Below, piece after piece: positions 46,713-55,666 of a stretch of 64,000 nucleotides of DNA. How positions within the stretch are numbered: the first letter of the stretch is position 1; the number at the start of each line of letters is the position of its first letter. Origin of the DNA: an uncultured bacterium. GTDB taxonomy: Bacteria; Planctomycetota; SZUA-567; JAKLDR01. The stretch spans positions 403 to 64,402 of the forward strand of contig CALGYR010000109.1 of the NCBI GenBank assembly GCA_937935355.1, read 5' to 3'. The translations under genes were made by a program, and so were the position numbers. Under the pieces are notes generated by a model, which worked only from the letters and a program-made list of their open reading frames with translations, was not told the origin of the DNA and searched no databases.

Positions 46713-47255
46713 ATGTTGACTCCCAACGATGCCGTGCTGGTGGTGGTCGACGTCCAGGGCAAGCTCGCCGGGTTGATGCACGAGGCCGCGGCGCTCTTCG
46801 AGAACGTCGCGCGGCTCGTCAGGGGTTGCCGGGCGCTCGGCGTGCCGGTCATCTGGATGGAGCAGAACCCGAAGGGCCTGGGCCCGACCGTCCCGGAGGT
46901 CGCCGCGGCCATGCCCGAGGGGCTCTCGCCCATCTCCAAGATGAGCTTCGGCTGCTGCGGCGAGCCGCGCTTCATAGCGGCGCTCGAGGCCTCCGGACGC
47001 CGGCAGGTGCTGCTCGCCGGCATCGAGGCCCACATCTGCGTCCACCAGACCGCCGTCGCGCTCAAGGCGCGCGGATACGAGGTCCACCTGGTCGCCGACG
47101 CGGTCTCCTCGCGCAAGCCCTTCAACCGCGACCTGGCCATCGCCAGGCTGGGCCGCGGCACGGCCGAGCTCACCTCGGTGGAGATGGCCCTCTTCGAGAT
47201 GCTCGGCACCGCCGAACACCCGGCGTTCCGGGAGGTCGCGAGGCTGGTTAAGTAG
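46713..47255 (+). CDS. Isochorismatase-family cysteine hydrolase.
   Basis: AGGAGG RBS. VDVQ and catalytic Cys motifs. Confidence 0.85.
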   Translation: MLTPNDAVLVVVDVQGKLAGLMHEAAALFENVARLVRGCRALGVPVIWMEQNPKGLGPTVPEVAAAMPEGLSPISKMSFGCCGEPRFIAALEASGRRQVLLAGIEAHICVHQTAVALKARGYEVHLVADAVSSRKPFNRDLAIARLGRGTAELTSVEMALFEMLGTAEHPAFREVARLVK

Positions 47256-47378
47256 CCTCCAGACATGGGCTGAAGCGCTTCGCGCCTTTCCCGCCCCCAT
47301 CGAGATTCTGGATTTCCAGCCAACTCCACAGTCCTTCCGGTGTATATAAGACCGGTCTTAGCACCATAATACCAGTCA

Positions 47379-48476
47379 GTGGAGATGGCCATGCCCGAAG
47401 CACGCACGCTGACCGAGCAGTTCACCGAGCGCCTGCGCGAGGAGCTCCGCGCCGGCCGATGGAAGGACCAGTCGCTGCCGTCCGAGCGCACTCTTTCGGA
47501 ACGCTTTAAAATATCTAGGGTTACGGTTCGCCGCGGACTCAAGCAGCTCTGCGCCGAGAGGCTGGTCAGGTCGCATCCCGGGCGCGGATATTTCGCCCTC
47601 CAGGGCGGAGGCGAGCCCCGGCCGGCGGCGGCCGGCAAGGCCGTGCTCTTCGTGCACTGCGACCTGACCGGCCGCCCGACCCTCGATGCGCTCCACACCG
47701 GGATCGTCAACGGCGCCCTCCGCGAGGCCGAGAAGCTCGGCGTCGAGCTCTACGCCACCAGCCAGAGCGCGGCGGAGCTCGCCCGGGCCCTGGTCGAGCG
47801 CTGGGAGCGGGACCTCCGCGGCGTGCTGCTCGACTGGGCCAACCACGACCTGGCCGGGTTGATGGCCGCCAAGGGCATCCCCTTCGTGATGATCGAGAAC
47901 GACCTGGAGGACGCCTCCACCACCGCGGTCATCCAGGACAACGTCGGCGGCATCGGTCTGGTCATGGACCACCTGGCCGGCCGGGGGCACACGGACGTCG
48001 CGCTGGTCCTCAGCGAGCTCGAGGGCGTCCATCCCCGCCAGCGCCTGGCCGGCTACCGCGAGTGGCTGCTGCGCCGCGGGGCGCCCTTCAATCCGGCGTG
48101 GGTCGCCCGCTCCACGCTCGACCCGGCCGGCGGGCGCGAGGCGGCCGCGGCGATCCTGGACGCCGGAGAGCGCCCCTCGGCGATCGTGGTCTGCCACCGC
48201 GAGATGCTCGGCGGCGTGATGGAAGAGCTCTCCGCGCGCGGCCTAAGCTGCCCGGAGGACCTTTCCATCGTGGTCTGGGGCGCGCCGGGAGCCGAGGAGC
48301 CCGCGGGCGGCCTGGCCGGACTCACCTACGTGGCCTGGGACCGCGAGGAGATGGGCCGGCTGGCGGTGCTGGCGCTCGAGGAGCGCATCAGGACGGGCCG
48401 GACGGAGCGGATGGTGCTGCGCGTCGGGCTGAAACTGGTCGAGCGCGGCAGCGTGCGGTCGCCGGCAGGAGGCTGA
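47379..48476 (+). CDS. Transcriptional regulator with an N-terminal GntR-type HTH and a LacI/PBP-type sugar-binding domain.
   Basis: HTH RTLSERFKISRVTVRRGL followed by a periplasmic-binding-protein-like fold. Confidence 0.75.
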   Translation: MEMAMPEARTLTEQFTERLREELRAGRWKDQSLPSERTLSERFKISRVTVRRGLKQLCAERLVRSHPGRGYFALQGGGEPRPAAAGKAVLFVHCDLTGRPTLDALHTGIVNGALREAEKLGVELYATSQSAAELARALVERWERDLRGVLLDWANHDLAGLMAAKGIPFVMIENDLEDASTTAVIQDNVGGIGLVMDHLAGRGHTDVALVLSELEGVHPRQRLAGYREWLLRRGAPFNPAWVARSTLDPAGGREAAAAILDAGERPSAIVVCHREMLGGVMEELSARGLSCPEDLSIVVWGAPGAEEPAGGLAGLTYVAWDREEMGRLAVLALEERIRTGRTERMVLRVGLKLVERGSVRSPAGG

Positions 48477-48534
48477 GAAGATGACGATGCCGGGATTCCA
48501 GGCGGCTGGCGAGGGCAACTGAACGGGGGCCTGG

Positions 48535-48580
48535 GCAGTCGGACCGGTCGGACAGGTCCGACCCGTCCGACCGGTCTGAC
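48535..48580. repeat. Tandem GTCGGACC-family repeats (GGACCGGTCGGACAGGTCCGACCCGTCCGACCGGTCTGAC).
   Basis: Immediately upstream of the RBS of the gene at 48597. Confidence 0.6.
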
Positions 48581-48596
48581 AAAGGAGTTGGGACCA

Positions 48597-51272
48597 ATGA
48601 AGACAGCATCTGCCGTTCTTGCCGGCCTGATCCTCTGCGCGGCTTTCGCGGCTGGCGGTGAAGCCTCCCCGCCGCAGCGGGCGAACTTCACCGCCAAGCC
48701 CGCCGTGGCCAAGGCCGGCGACAAATTTACGATCACTTTCACGGTCGCAGGCCCCACCGACGCCGAGGTGGCCGTGCTCGACGCCGGCGGCAAGGTCGTC
48801 CGCCACCTGGCCGCCGGGATGCTCGGAGGGGAGAAGCCGCCTCCCGAGCCGCTCAAGCCGGGTCTCGCGCAGTCGCTCGAGTGGGACCTGAAGGATGACG
48901 CCGGGAAACCCGCCTCCGGCGGACCATTCAAGGTGCGCGTCAAGCTCGGGCTCAAGCCGGAGTTCGACGGCTTCCTGCTCGACAACCCGGTCGGCACCGG
49001 CTCGATCGGCGCGCTGGCTGTCGGCCCGGGCGGGCAGCTCTACATCTGGCACCACGACTGCACCGCCAACGGCAACCAGGGAGCCGAAAAGCTGAAAGTG
49101 ATCGGCCGCGACGGCAAGTACGTCCGCACGCTCATCCCTTACCCCGCCAACCTGTCACCCGAGAAGGCCAAGGTGTTGGGCGCCTTCCTCGACGACGACG
49201 GGAGCCTCGTGCCGCGGGTCTACAACATCCAGCAGCTCAACCTGAACTACGAGGGCCGCGGCGACCGCGGCCCGTCCATGATGGGCTTCTCCTGCCCGGC
49301 GGTGGATGGGAAGGGCCGGGCCTACTGGCTGGTCCGCGGCGGCCAACTGGAGTGCGTCGAGGCCGACGGCAGTTCGCCCTACGACACGTTCCTGAGCCCG
49401 CCGATCGTGGCCGGTTTCAAGGCGTTGGTCGGCCGCCCGGCGCTGTGCCCCGCCTCGGATGACAAGGGCCTCTACGTCTCCGGTCTGGGCGCGGCCGACG
49501 ACAGCTGGGGCAAGAACTCACGGGCGCTGCCCGCCGTCTGGCTGATCGACACGGCCACGCGCAAGGCCGAGGTCTTCGTCGGCAACCTCGAGGAGACCGG
49601 TAAGGAGAAGGACCGCCTGACCGCGCCGCGCGGCGTGGCCGCGGCCAAGGGGCTGCTCTACGTGGCCGACCCCGGAGCGGACCGCGTGGCGGTCTTCAAG
49701 GAGGCCGACCGCTCCTTCGCCGGCGAGATCAAGGTGAAGGACCCGCAGAGCATCGGCGTCGACCCGGCCACCGGTGCAGTGTACGTCTGCGCCTACACCG
49801 GCAAGGGGACCGCCGACCTCATCAAATTCGAGAAGTACGACACCGGCAAGGAGCTCTACAGGATCGCCCTGCCCAAGACCGGGCTCTCTCCCAACGGCGG
49901 GGTCCACCGGATCGCGGTCGATGCCTCGGCCAAGCCCGTGCTGGTCTACGTCCCGGGGCTGCCCTACGGCCCGCCCTTCACCCGCATCGAGGACGCCGGC
50001 GACAAGTTCCAGATCACGGCCGACCCGCGCGACCTCAAGCGCGCCTGGGCGCCCGGGCCCCGCGACCTGACGTTCGACCGCGCCCGCGGCGAGCTCTACG
50101 TCAAGGGCGGCTCGGACCAGCGCTACTTCCGGGTCGAGGAGAAGACCGGCAAGGTCACCGAGCTCGTCAAGATCGCCGGCGGCGGGGCCGCGGGCAGCCA
50201 GCTGGTGGCCTCGCCGGACGGCAGCCTGGTGATCTACGGCTGGGGGGAGATGGGTCTGCGCCACCTCGACCGCGACGGCAAGCCGCTCAACTGGCCGGGA
50301 CGGGACACCAACGCGATCAAGTACAGCGGGATCATGACCTTCATGCAGCGCTACATGGCGCTGCCCAGGGACGACGAGATATTCATCATCCTGCCGCCGG
50401 AATACCGCAAGAACCCCAAGTCGAGCGGCGGCGACTACAGCTCGGTCAACGTCCTGGGCACAGACGGCGGGACCAAGCGCACGGTCATCTGGCAGTGCAC
50501 CGCCGGGGCGGTCCTGCGGGTCGACGCCAGGGGCAACATCTACCTCGCCGAGATGCTGAAGCCCGCCGGCCGGCTCTATCCGGAGTTCTTCGACGGGAAG
50601 ATCGGGAAGATCCCCAGGGGCAAGTCGGTGGGCGGCCTGAGCGGCAACCCCGAGGGGGCCGCCGCATTCTGGGAAAGCAACATGTACGGCAGCATCGTCA
50701 AGTTCCCGCCGTCGGGCGGGGTCATCTGGTACAACAAGGACCTGCCCCACGGCGTGGAGGGCGCTCCGCCGGCCGAGCTCCTGGCCAAGCCCAAGCTCAC
50801 CTTCGACACGCACATCGGCTACGGCTACAAGCCGGTCGAGGTGCAGGGCGCCGAGTGGGTGCGCTTCGGCTTCTCGCCCTACGGCGTGACCCGCGGCGCC
50901 GGCTTCTGCATGTGCGAGGGCGCCGGCTTCGACGTCGACGGCTACGGGCGCGTCTTCTACCCGAACCTCGGCCAGTTCCGGATCGAGGTCGTGGACAACG
51001 CCAACAACAGGATCGGGACGTTCGGCAAGTACGGCAACCAGGACGACGGCGGGGCGGGGGACGGGGGGCGAGGGGCGAGCGGGAAAGGGAAGAGCGAGGG
51101 CGCCGATTCAGGGACCCGCACCTCGCCCCCCGCACCCCGCTCCATTCCATTGGCCTGGCCGACCTACGTGGCCGTCTCCGACGACTACGCCTACGTCAAC
51201 GACACGCTCGCCAACCGCGTGGTCCGGGTGAAGCTCGGCGCGGCTGCGGAGGAGAGTTGTGAGGTGAAGTAG
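48597..51272 (+). CDS. Secreted 891-aa beta-propeller repeat protein (NHL-like repeats).
   Basis: ATG 9 nt after an AAAGGAG RBS. Signal peptide. Repeats of the YVADPGADRVAVF type. Tandem paralog of the gene at 51328. Confidence 0.7.
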   Translation: MKTASAVLAGLILCAAFAAGGEASPPQRANFTAKPAVAKAGDKFTITFTVAGPTDAEVAVLDAGGKVVRHLAAGMLGGEKPPPEPLKPGLAQSLEWDLKDDAGKPASGGPFKVRVKLGLKPEFDGFLLDNPVGTGSIGALAVGPGGQLYIWHHDCTANGNQGAEKLKVIGRDGKYVRTLIPYPANLSPEKAKVLGAFLDDDGSLVPRVYNIQQLNLNYEGRGDRGPSMMGFSCPAVDGKGRAYWLVRGGQLECVEADGSSPYDTFLSPPIVAGFKALVGRPALCPASDDKGLYVSGLGAADDSWGKNSRALPAVWLIDTATRKAEVFVGNLEETGKEKDRLTAPRGVAAAKGLLYVADPGADRVAVFKEADRSFAGEIKVKDPQSIGVDPATGAVYVCAYTGKGTADLIKFEKYDTGKELYRIALPKTGLSPNGGVHRIAVDASAKPVLVYVPGLPYGPPFTRIEDAGDKFQITADPRDLKRAWAPGPRDLTFDRARGELYVKGGSDQRYFRVEEKTGKVTELVKIAGGGAAGSQLVASPDGSLVIYGWGEMGLRHLDRDGKPLNWPGRDTNAIKYSGIMTFMQRYMALPRDDEIFIILPPEYRKNPKSSGGDYSSVNVLGTDGGTKRTVIWQCTAGAVLRVDARGNIYLAEMLKPAGRLYPEFFDGKIGKIPRGKSVGGLSGNPEGAAAFWESNMYGSIVKFPPSGGVIWYNKDLPHGVEGAPPAELLAKPKLTFDTHIGYGYKPVEVQGAEWVRFGFSPYGVTRGAGFCMCEGAGFDVDGYGRVFYPNLGQFRIEVVDNANNRIGTFGKYGNQDDGGAGDGGRGASGKGKSEGADSGTRTSPPAPRSIPLAWPTYVAVSDDYAYVNDTLANRVVRVKLGAAAEESCEVK

Positions 51273-51403
51273 GGACTGAGGTACTAAGGTACTAAGGGAC
51301 TAAGGCACTGAGTGAACGGAGAACAGCATGGCAACCGAATTGGCGAGTCCGGCAGCGCGTGCAAAGCACACTAAGTGCCTGAGTGCCTTAGTGCCTCAGT
51401 GCC
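51272..51403. repeat. Inverted tandem repeat (GGACTAAG/GTACTAAG units, a loop, then GCCTTAGT/GCCTCAGT units).
   Basis: The right arm encodes the hydrophobic core of the signal peptide of the gene at 51328 (HTKCLSALVPQCLLLL). Confidence 0.8.
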
Positions 51404-54060
51404 TCTTGCTGCTAGCAGGGCTCGCCTCCGCCGGCGAGGCCTCGTTCGCCGCCAAGCCGACCGCGACGAAGGCCGGCGACAAGTTCACGATCCGCTTCGC
51501 AGTCGCCGCGGCCACTGACGTCGAGGTCGCGGTGCTCGACGCCGGCGGCAAGATCGTGCGCCACCTGGCCGCCGGCGTGCTCGGGGCGAAGACGCCGCCG
51601 CCGGAGCCGCTCAAGTCGGGACTCGCCCAGTCGATCGAGTGGGACGGCAAGGACGACGCCGGGAAGCCCGCGGCGGGCAGCCCCTTCAAGGCCCGCGTCC
51701 GTCTGGGCCTGAAGCCCGAGTTCGACCGCTTCATGCTCTACGAGCCTGACGCGTTTCCGGGAGTGAGCGCCCTGGCCACCGGGCCGAAGGGCGAGGTCTA
51801 CGCTTTCTACAAGGACCCCACCGCCAACGGCAACCAGGGCGGGTTCAAGGTCCGGATCATCACCCGCGAGGGCAGATTCGTCCGCCAGATCCTGCCCTTC
51901 CCCGCCGACCTGCCCCACGACAAGGTCAAGGCCAGCGGGGCTTTCCAGGACGGGGACGGGAGCCTTGTGCCGCAACTGCACAACTGGCACACGATGCGCT
52001 TCTATCCGGACACGGTCCCGGCACGGAACAGGAGCTTCCCCGGTTTCGGGCAGCCGGTCGTGGACGCCTCCGGCCGGCTCTACTGGATCATCGGCGACGG
52101 CCGGCTCTGCGCCCTGGACGCCGACGGCGGCATCCCGTACGAGACGTACCTCAGCGAGCCGCTCTTCCCGGGCTTCCCCAACGCCGCCACCCACGGCCAC
52201 GGGCCGACGCTGTGCATGAGCTCCGACGGCAAGCACCTCTACGCCACCAGCACCCACGCCAAGGACGGCTGGGGCGGCGGGACCCAAGCCATCCCCTGCG
52301 TCTGGCGCATCGACGCGGCCACGCGCAAATCGGAGGTCTTCGTCGGGAAGCCCGATCAGGCCGGCAAGGAGAAGGAGTTGCTCTCCAGTCCCCGCGGCGT
52401 GGCCGCCGCCCAGGGGCTCCTCTACGTCGCCGACCCGGAGGCGGGGCGGGTGGCGGTCTTCAAGGAAGAGGACCGCTCGTACGTCGGCGAGATCAAGTGC
52501 GTCCTGCCGCACATCGTACACGTCCACCCCAAGACCGGCGCGGTCTACGTGGTCAGTTACGTGCCCGAGGCCAAACCCAGAGGCGACGGGAAGTGCCGCA
52601 TCACCGACGCGAACCTCTTGAAGTTCAAGAGCTACAAGGACGAGAAGCCGGCGGTCACCATGCCGCTGCCGCGGACGGGGCTGAGCCCCAACGGGGGCGC
52701 CCACCGCATCGCGCTGGACGCCTCGGCCGAGCCGCCGCTCCTCTGGGCGCCGGGGCTGCCCTACGCGCGGGGAGCGGCCAGCCATCTCGCCTGCTACCGC
52801 GACGTGGGAGAGAAGATCGAGCCGGTGGACGTGCCCTCCCCCAAGGGCCCCTGGGGCAACGGCCCGCGCGACCTGGTGGTCGACCGCGCCCGCGGCGACC
52901 TCTACGTCAAGGTCCAGGGCGAGCAGTGGCACCAGTTCGAGGAGGCCACCGGCAAGTACGTCCGCCTGGTCAGCTTCGACAAGAACAAGGGCGGCCCCTA
53001 CGCAGGCAGCTCCGGATCGCAGTTGGGCATCGATGCCTCGGGCGACTACGTCCTGCACTGCTGGGGCGACAAGGCCGGGCTGATGCGCTGGAGCCGGGAC
53101 TTGAAGCCCCTCAACTGGGAGGGCAGGGACACCAACCGCAGCGAGTGGGGCGGAATGATGACCTTCCAGCTGAACTACCTGGCGCTGCTGGGCAATGACA
53201 TCTACGTGATCAAGCCCGTCAAGGGCCCGCACAACGTGGAGGTCTACGACCAGGGACTCAAGGTCAAGCGCCGCGTCGTCTGGAACGTCCGGCGCGGCAG
53301 TTGCCTGCGGGTCGACGCGAAGGGCAACATCTACACCACCGTTCCGCTCCGGCCGGCCGATCGAGACTTCGAGGAGTTCTTCGACGGCAAGCTCGGGAAG
53401 ATCCCCGACTACTACAACGGGGTCGGCAACGGCCCGCACTACTGGTACACCTACATGGCCGGGGCCATCGTCAGGTTCCCGCCGGAGGGAGGGGCCTTCC
53501 TCTGGACGGGCGACAAGGAGGCCGGCGAGGTCGCCGCCGACCTGCCCGAGAAGGTCGCCGCCAGGCCCAGGGTCAAGTGCCAGTACTTCCCCGGCGGCCA
53601 CCACCCGCACAAGACCTGCGAAGTCCAGGGCGCCGACTGGATCCGCTTCGGCTACGCGCCCTACTCCGAGACCTACGGCGCGGGTACGCCCGTGTGCATG
53701 TGCGAGGGCGCGGGCTTCGACGTCGACGGCTGGGGCCGGGTGTGGCACACCAACCTCTTCCGCTTCCGGGTCGAGGCTGCCGACGCGGCCAACAACACGA
53801 TCGCGACGTTCGGCGCCTACGGCAACCAGAACTCGCAGGGCGCAGGCAAGGGGCTCCCGGCAGCGGAAGGCGGCACGGAGGGCTCAGTCGGGAAGACCGC
53901 GGCTGCGAAGAGCGGACCGCGCCACCAGGACATCCCTCTGGCCTGGCCGACCTACGTGGCCGTCTCCGACGACTACGCCTACGTGAACGACACCGTTGAC
54001 ATGCGCGTGGTCCGCGTCAGGCTCGGTGCGGCGGCCGAGGCAACTTGCGAGGTGAAGTAA
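51328..54060 (+). CDS. Secreted 910-aa beta-propeller repeat protein, paralog of the gene at 48597..51272.
   Basis: Collinear similarity throughout, including the C-terminus IPLAWPTYVAVSDDYAYVNDT. The N-terminus is partly encoded by the repeat. Confidence 0.7.
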   Translation: MATELASPAARAKHTKCLSALVPQCLLLLAGLASAGEASFAAKPTATKAGDKFTIRFAVAAATDVEVAVLDAGGKIVRHLAAGVLGAKTPPPEPLKSGLAQSIEWDGKDDAGKPAAGSPFKARVRLGLKPEFDRFMLYEPDAFPGVSALATGPKGEVYAFYKDPTANGNQGGFKVRIITREGRFVRQILPFPADLPHDKVKASGAFQDGDGSLVPQLHNWHTMRFYPDTVPARNRSFPGFGQPVVDASGRLYWIIGDGRLCALDADGGIPYETYLSEPLFPGFPNAATHGHGPTLCMSSDGKHLYATSTHAKDGWGGGTQAIPCVWRIDAATRKSEVFVGKPDQAGKEKELLSSPRGVAAAQGLLYVADPEAGRVAVFKEEDRSYVGEIKCVLPHIVHVHPKTGAVYVVSYVPEAKPRGDGKCRITDANLLKFKSYKDEKPAVTMPLPRTGLSPNGGAHRIALDASAEPPLLWAPGLPYARGAASHLACYRDVGEKIEPVDVPSPKGPWGNGPRDLVVDRARGDLYVKVQGEQWHQFEEATGKYVRLVSFDKNKGGPYAGSSGSQLGIDASGDYVLHCWGDKAGLMRWSRDLKPLNWEGRDTNRSEWGGMMTFQLNYLALLGNDIYVIKPVKGPHNVEVYDQGLKVKRRVVWNVRRGSCLRVDAKGNIYTTVPLRPADRDFEEFFDGKLGKIPDYYNGVGNGPHYWYTYMAGAIVRFPPEGGAFLWTGDKEAGEVAADLPEKVAARPRVKCQYFPGGHHPHKTCEVQGADWIRFGYAPYSETYGAGTPVCMCEGAGFDVDGWGRVWHTNLFRFRVEAADAANNTIATFGAYGNQNSQGAGKGLPAAEGGTEGSVGKTAAAKSGPRHQDIPLAWPTYVAVSDDYAYVNDTVDMRVVRVRLGAAAEATCEVK

Positions 54061-54115
54061 GCGGGGCACCAGCGGTCAGACCTGTCGGACCGCGCCGACA
54101 AGTTCGACGCGACCT

Positions 54116-54195
54116 AGAGCTTCCGGAAGGAACCTCGGGACGGGCCTGATCGACCCAGACAGGCAGGCCCGTCCCGAGGTTCCTTCCGGAAGCTC
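54116..54195 (+). terminator. Perfect 33-bp-stem hairpin (AGAGCTTCCGGAAGGAACCTCGGGACGGGCCTG, a 14-nt loop, then the reverse complement). Candidate terminator.
   Basis: Read directly. Lies 55 nt after the stop at 54060. Preceded by GTCGGACC-type units. Confidence 0.55.
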
Positions 54196-54471
54196 TTGAC
54201 AAGTAGATGGGCACGACAGAGTCCGGCGTCCGAGCGCAAGGGCCGACGCCGGACCCGGCATCCTCCGCAAGTCATCCAAGCACGCGACATCACACTGTAA
54301 TGCCATACACAGCACAGCAGTCACCAAATAGCGAAGGCGCACCCATAATACGCGTTGCGGTATCTTAGGATTAGAGTCCAAGATTCTAGCTTTTGTTGAA
54401 CGCAGCTCATGGCTGCGGTGTAATGACACTGCATAACATCTGTGATGCAACAGATTGGGGACAGGTGAAGA

Positions 54472-55551
54472 GTGGAAACAATGAAGATGTCTGGATCCAG
54501 ATGGATTGCGGAAGAAATCGAGCGTCGGATCTTCTCCGGCGAGATCAGACGGGGGGATTCGCTCGCGAGCGTCAGGTCCTTGAGCAGGGAGTTCGGGTGC
54601 GCGCAGCAGACGGCGCATCGGGCGCTCCGCCGTCTCGTGGATAAGGGCCTGGCCATCGCCAAGTCCCGCGAGGGCTACCAGGTGGCCGAGCCCGGCGGCG
54701 CCGCCAGGGCCGCCGAGGTCGTCGCCTTCCTGGAGGACACGGTCGGGTACGAGGAGTCCCTCGGGGATATCTTCGACGTGCAGCTGTCTTTCCTGCGCCG
54801 CGGCGCCTCGCTGCGCGGCTGGGCCTCGGTGGTGCTGCCCTATGAAGGGCAGAACGCCGGCCGGATCGGCGAGCAGCTGGCCGGAATGGGCGCGACCGCC
54901 CTGGTTCTCCAGGACGTCGGCGAGAAGTTTCCACCGGAGCTGGCGGCCGAACTGCTCGCGCTCGGACTGCCGACGGTGAGCCTTGACGTGGTCACGAGCG
55001 CCGCCGGCCTCGACCAGGTGGTGCGCGACGAGGCCCAGGGAGCCCTGCTGGCCACCGAGCATCTGATCCGCAGGGGCCACCGCCGGATCGGCTGGTACGG
55101 CCCGCTGACCGCCACTTTCAACTCGCGGCGGCGCTTCGCGGGCGCCGCCGAGGCGCTGCTGCGGGCCGGCCTCGAGATCGACGCACAGGGTTGGCGCGAG
55201 TCCGAGGGCGGGACCATGGACGCCCGCGCGTATCTGAGCTCGCCCGACCGTCCCCGGGCGGTGCTGGCGCTCTGGCAGACCGCGGCCCAGGCCATCGCCC
55301 GGGCGGCGCGGGAACTGGGCCTGGAGCTGGGCATGGACCTCGACATCGTCGGCTGGTCGCTCGAGGAGCAAATCGCGGGCAGCTATGCCGCCGACTGCCC
55401 GGAGCTGCGCTCATCTTGCGCGACGGCGACCTGGTCCATGGCCGAGGTCGCCCGGCTGGTGCTCAACCGGATAGCCGAGCGCCGCCGCGAACCGGACCTG
55501 CCCGCGGCCCGCATCCTGGCGCCCATGAAGCTGCGCGAACCTGGGCGATGA
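54472..55551 (+). CDS. Transcriptional regulator with a GntR-type HTH and a LacI/PBP-like domain.
   Basis: HTH SVRSLSREFGCAQQTAHRALRRL. A lower-GC promoter region lies upstream. Confidence 0.7.
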   Translation: METMKMSGSRWIAEEIERRIFSGEIRRGDSLASVRSLSREFGCAQQTAHRALRRLVDKGLAIAKSREGYQVAEPGGAARAAEVVAFLEDTVGYEESLGDIFDVQLSFLRRGASLRGWASVVLPYEGQNAGRIGEQLAGMGATALVLQDVGEKFPPELAAELLALGLPTVSLDVVTSAAGLDQVVRDEAQGALLATEHLIRRGHRRIGWYGPLTATFNSRRRFAGAAEALLRAGLEIDAQGWRESEGGTMDARAYLSSPDRPRAVLALWQTAAQAIARAARELGLELGMDLDIVGWSLEEQIAGSYAADCPELRSSCATATWSMAEVARLVLNRIAERRREPDLPAARILAPMKLREPGR

Positions 55552-55666
55552 CGGGACGCGGGGGAGGAGCGCTGCGAACCGGGACGGACGCGAAGCCGGC
55601 CACGCTCTTCCGCTACGACCCGAAGACGGAGAAGTTCAAGGCGCAGTCGCAACAGGAGAAACAGCG

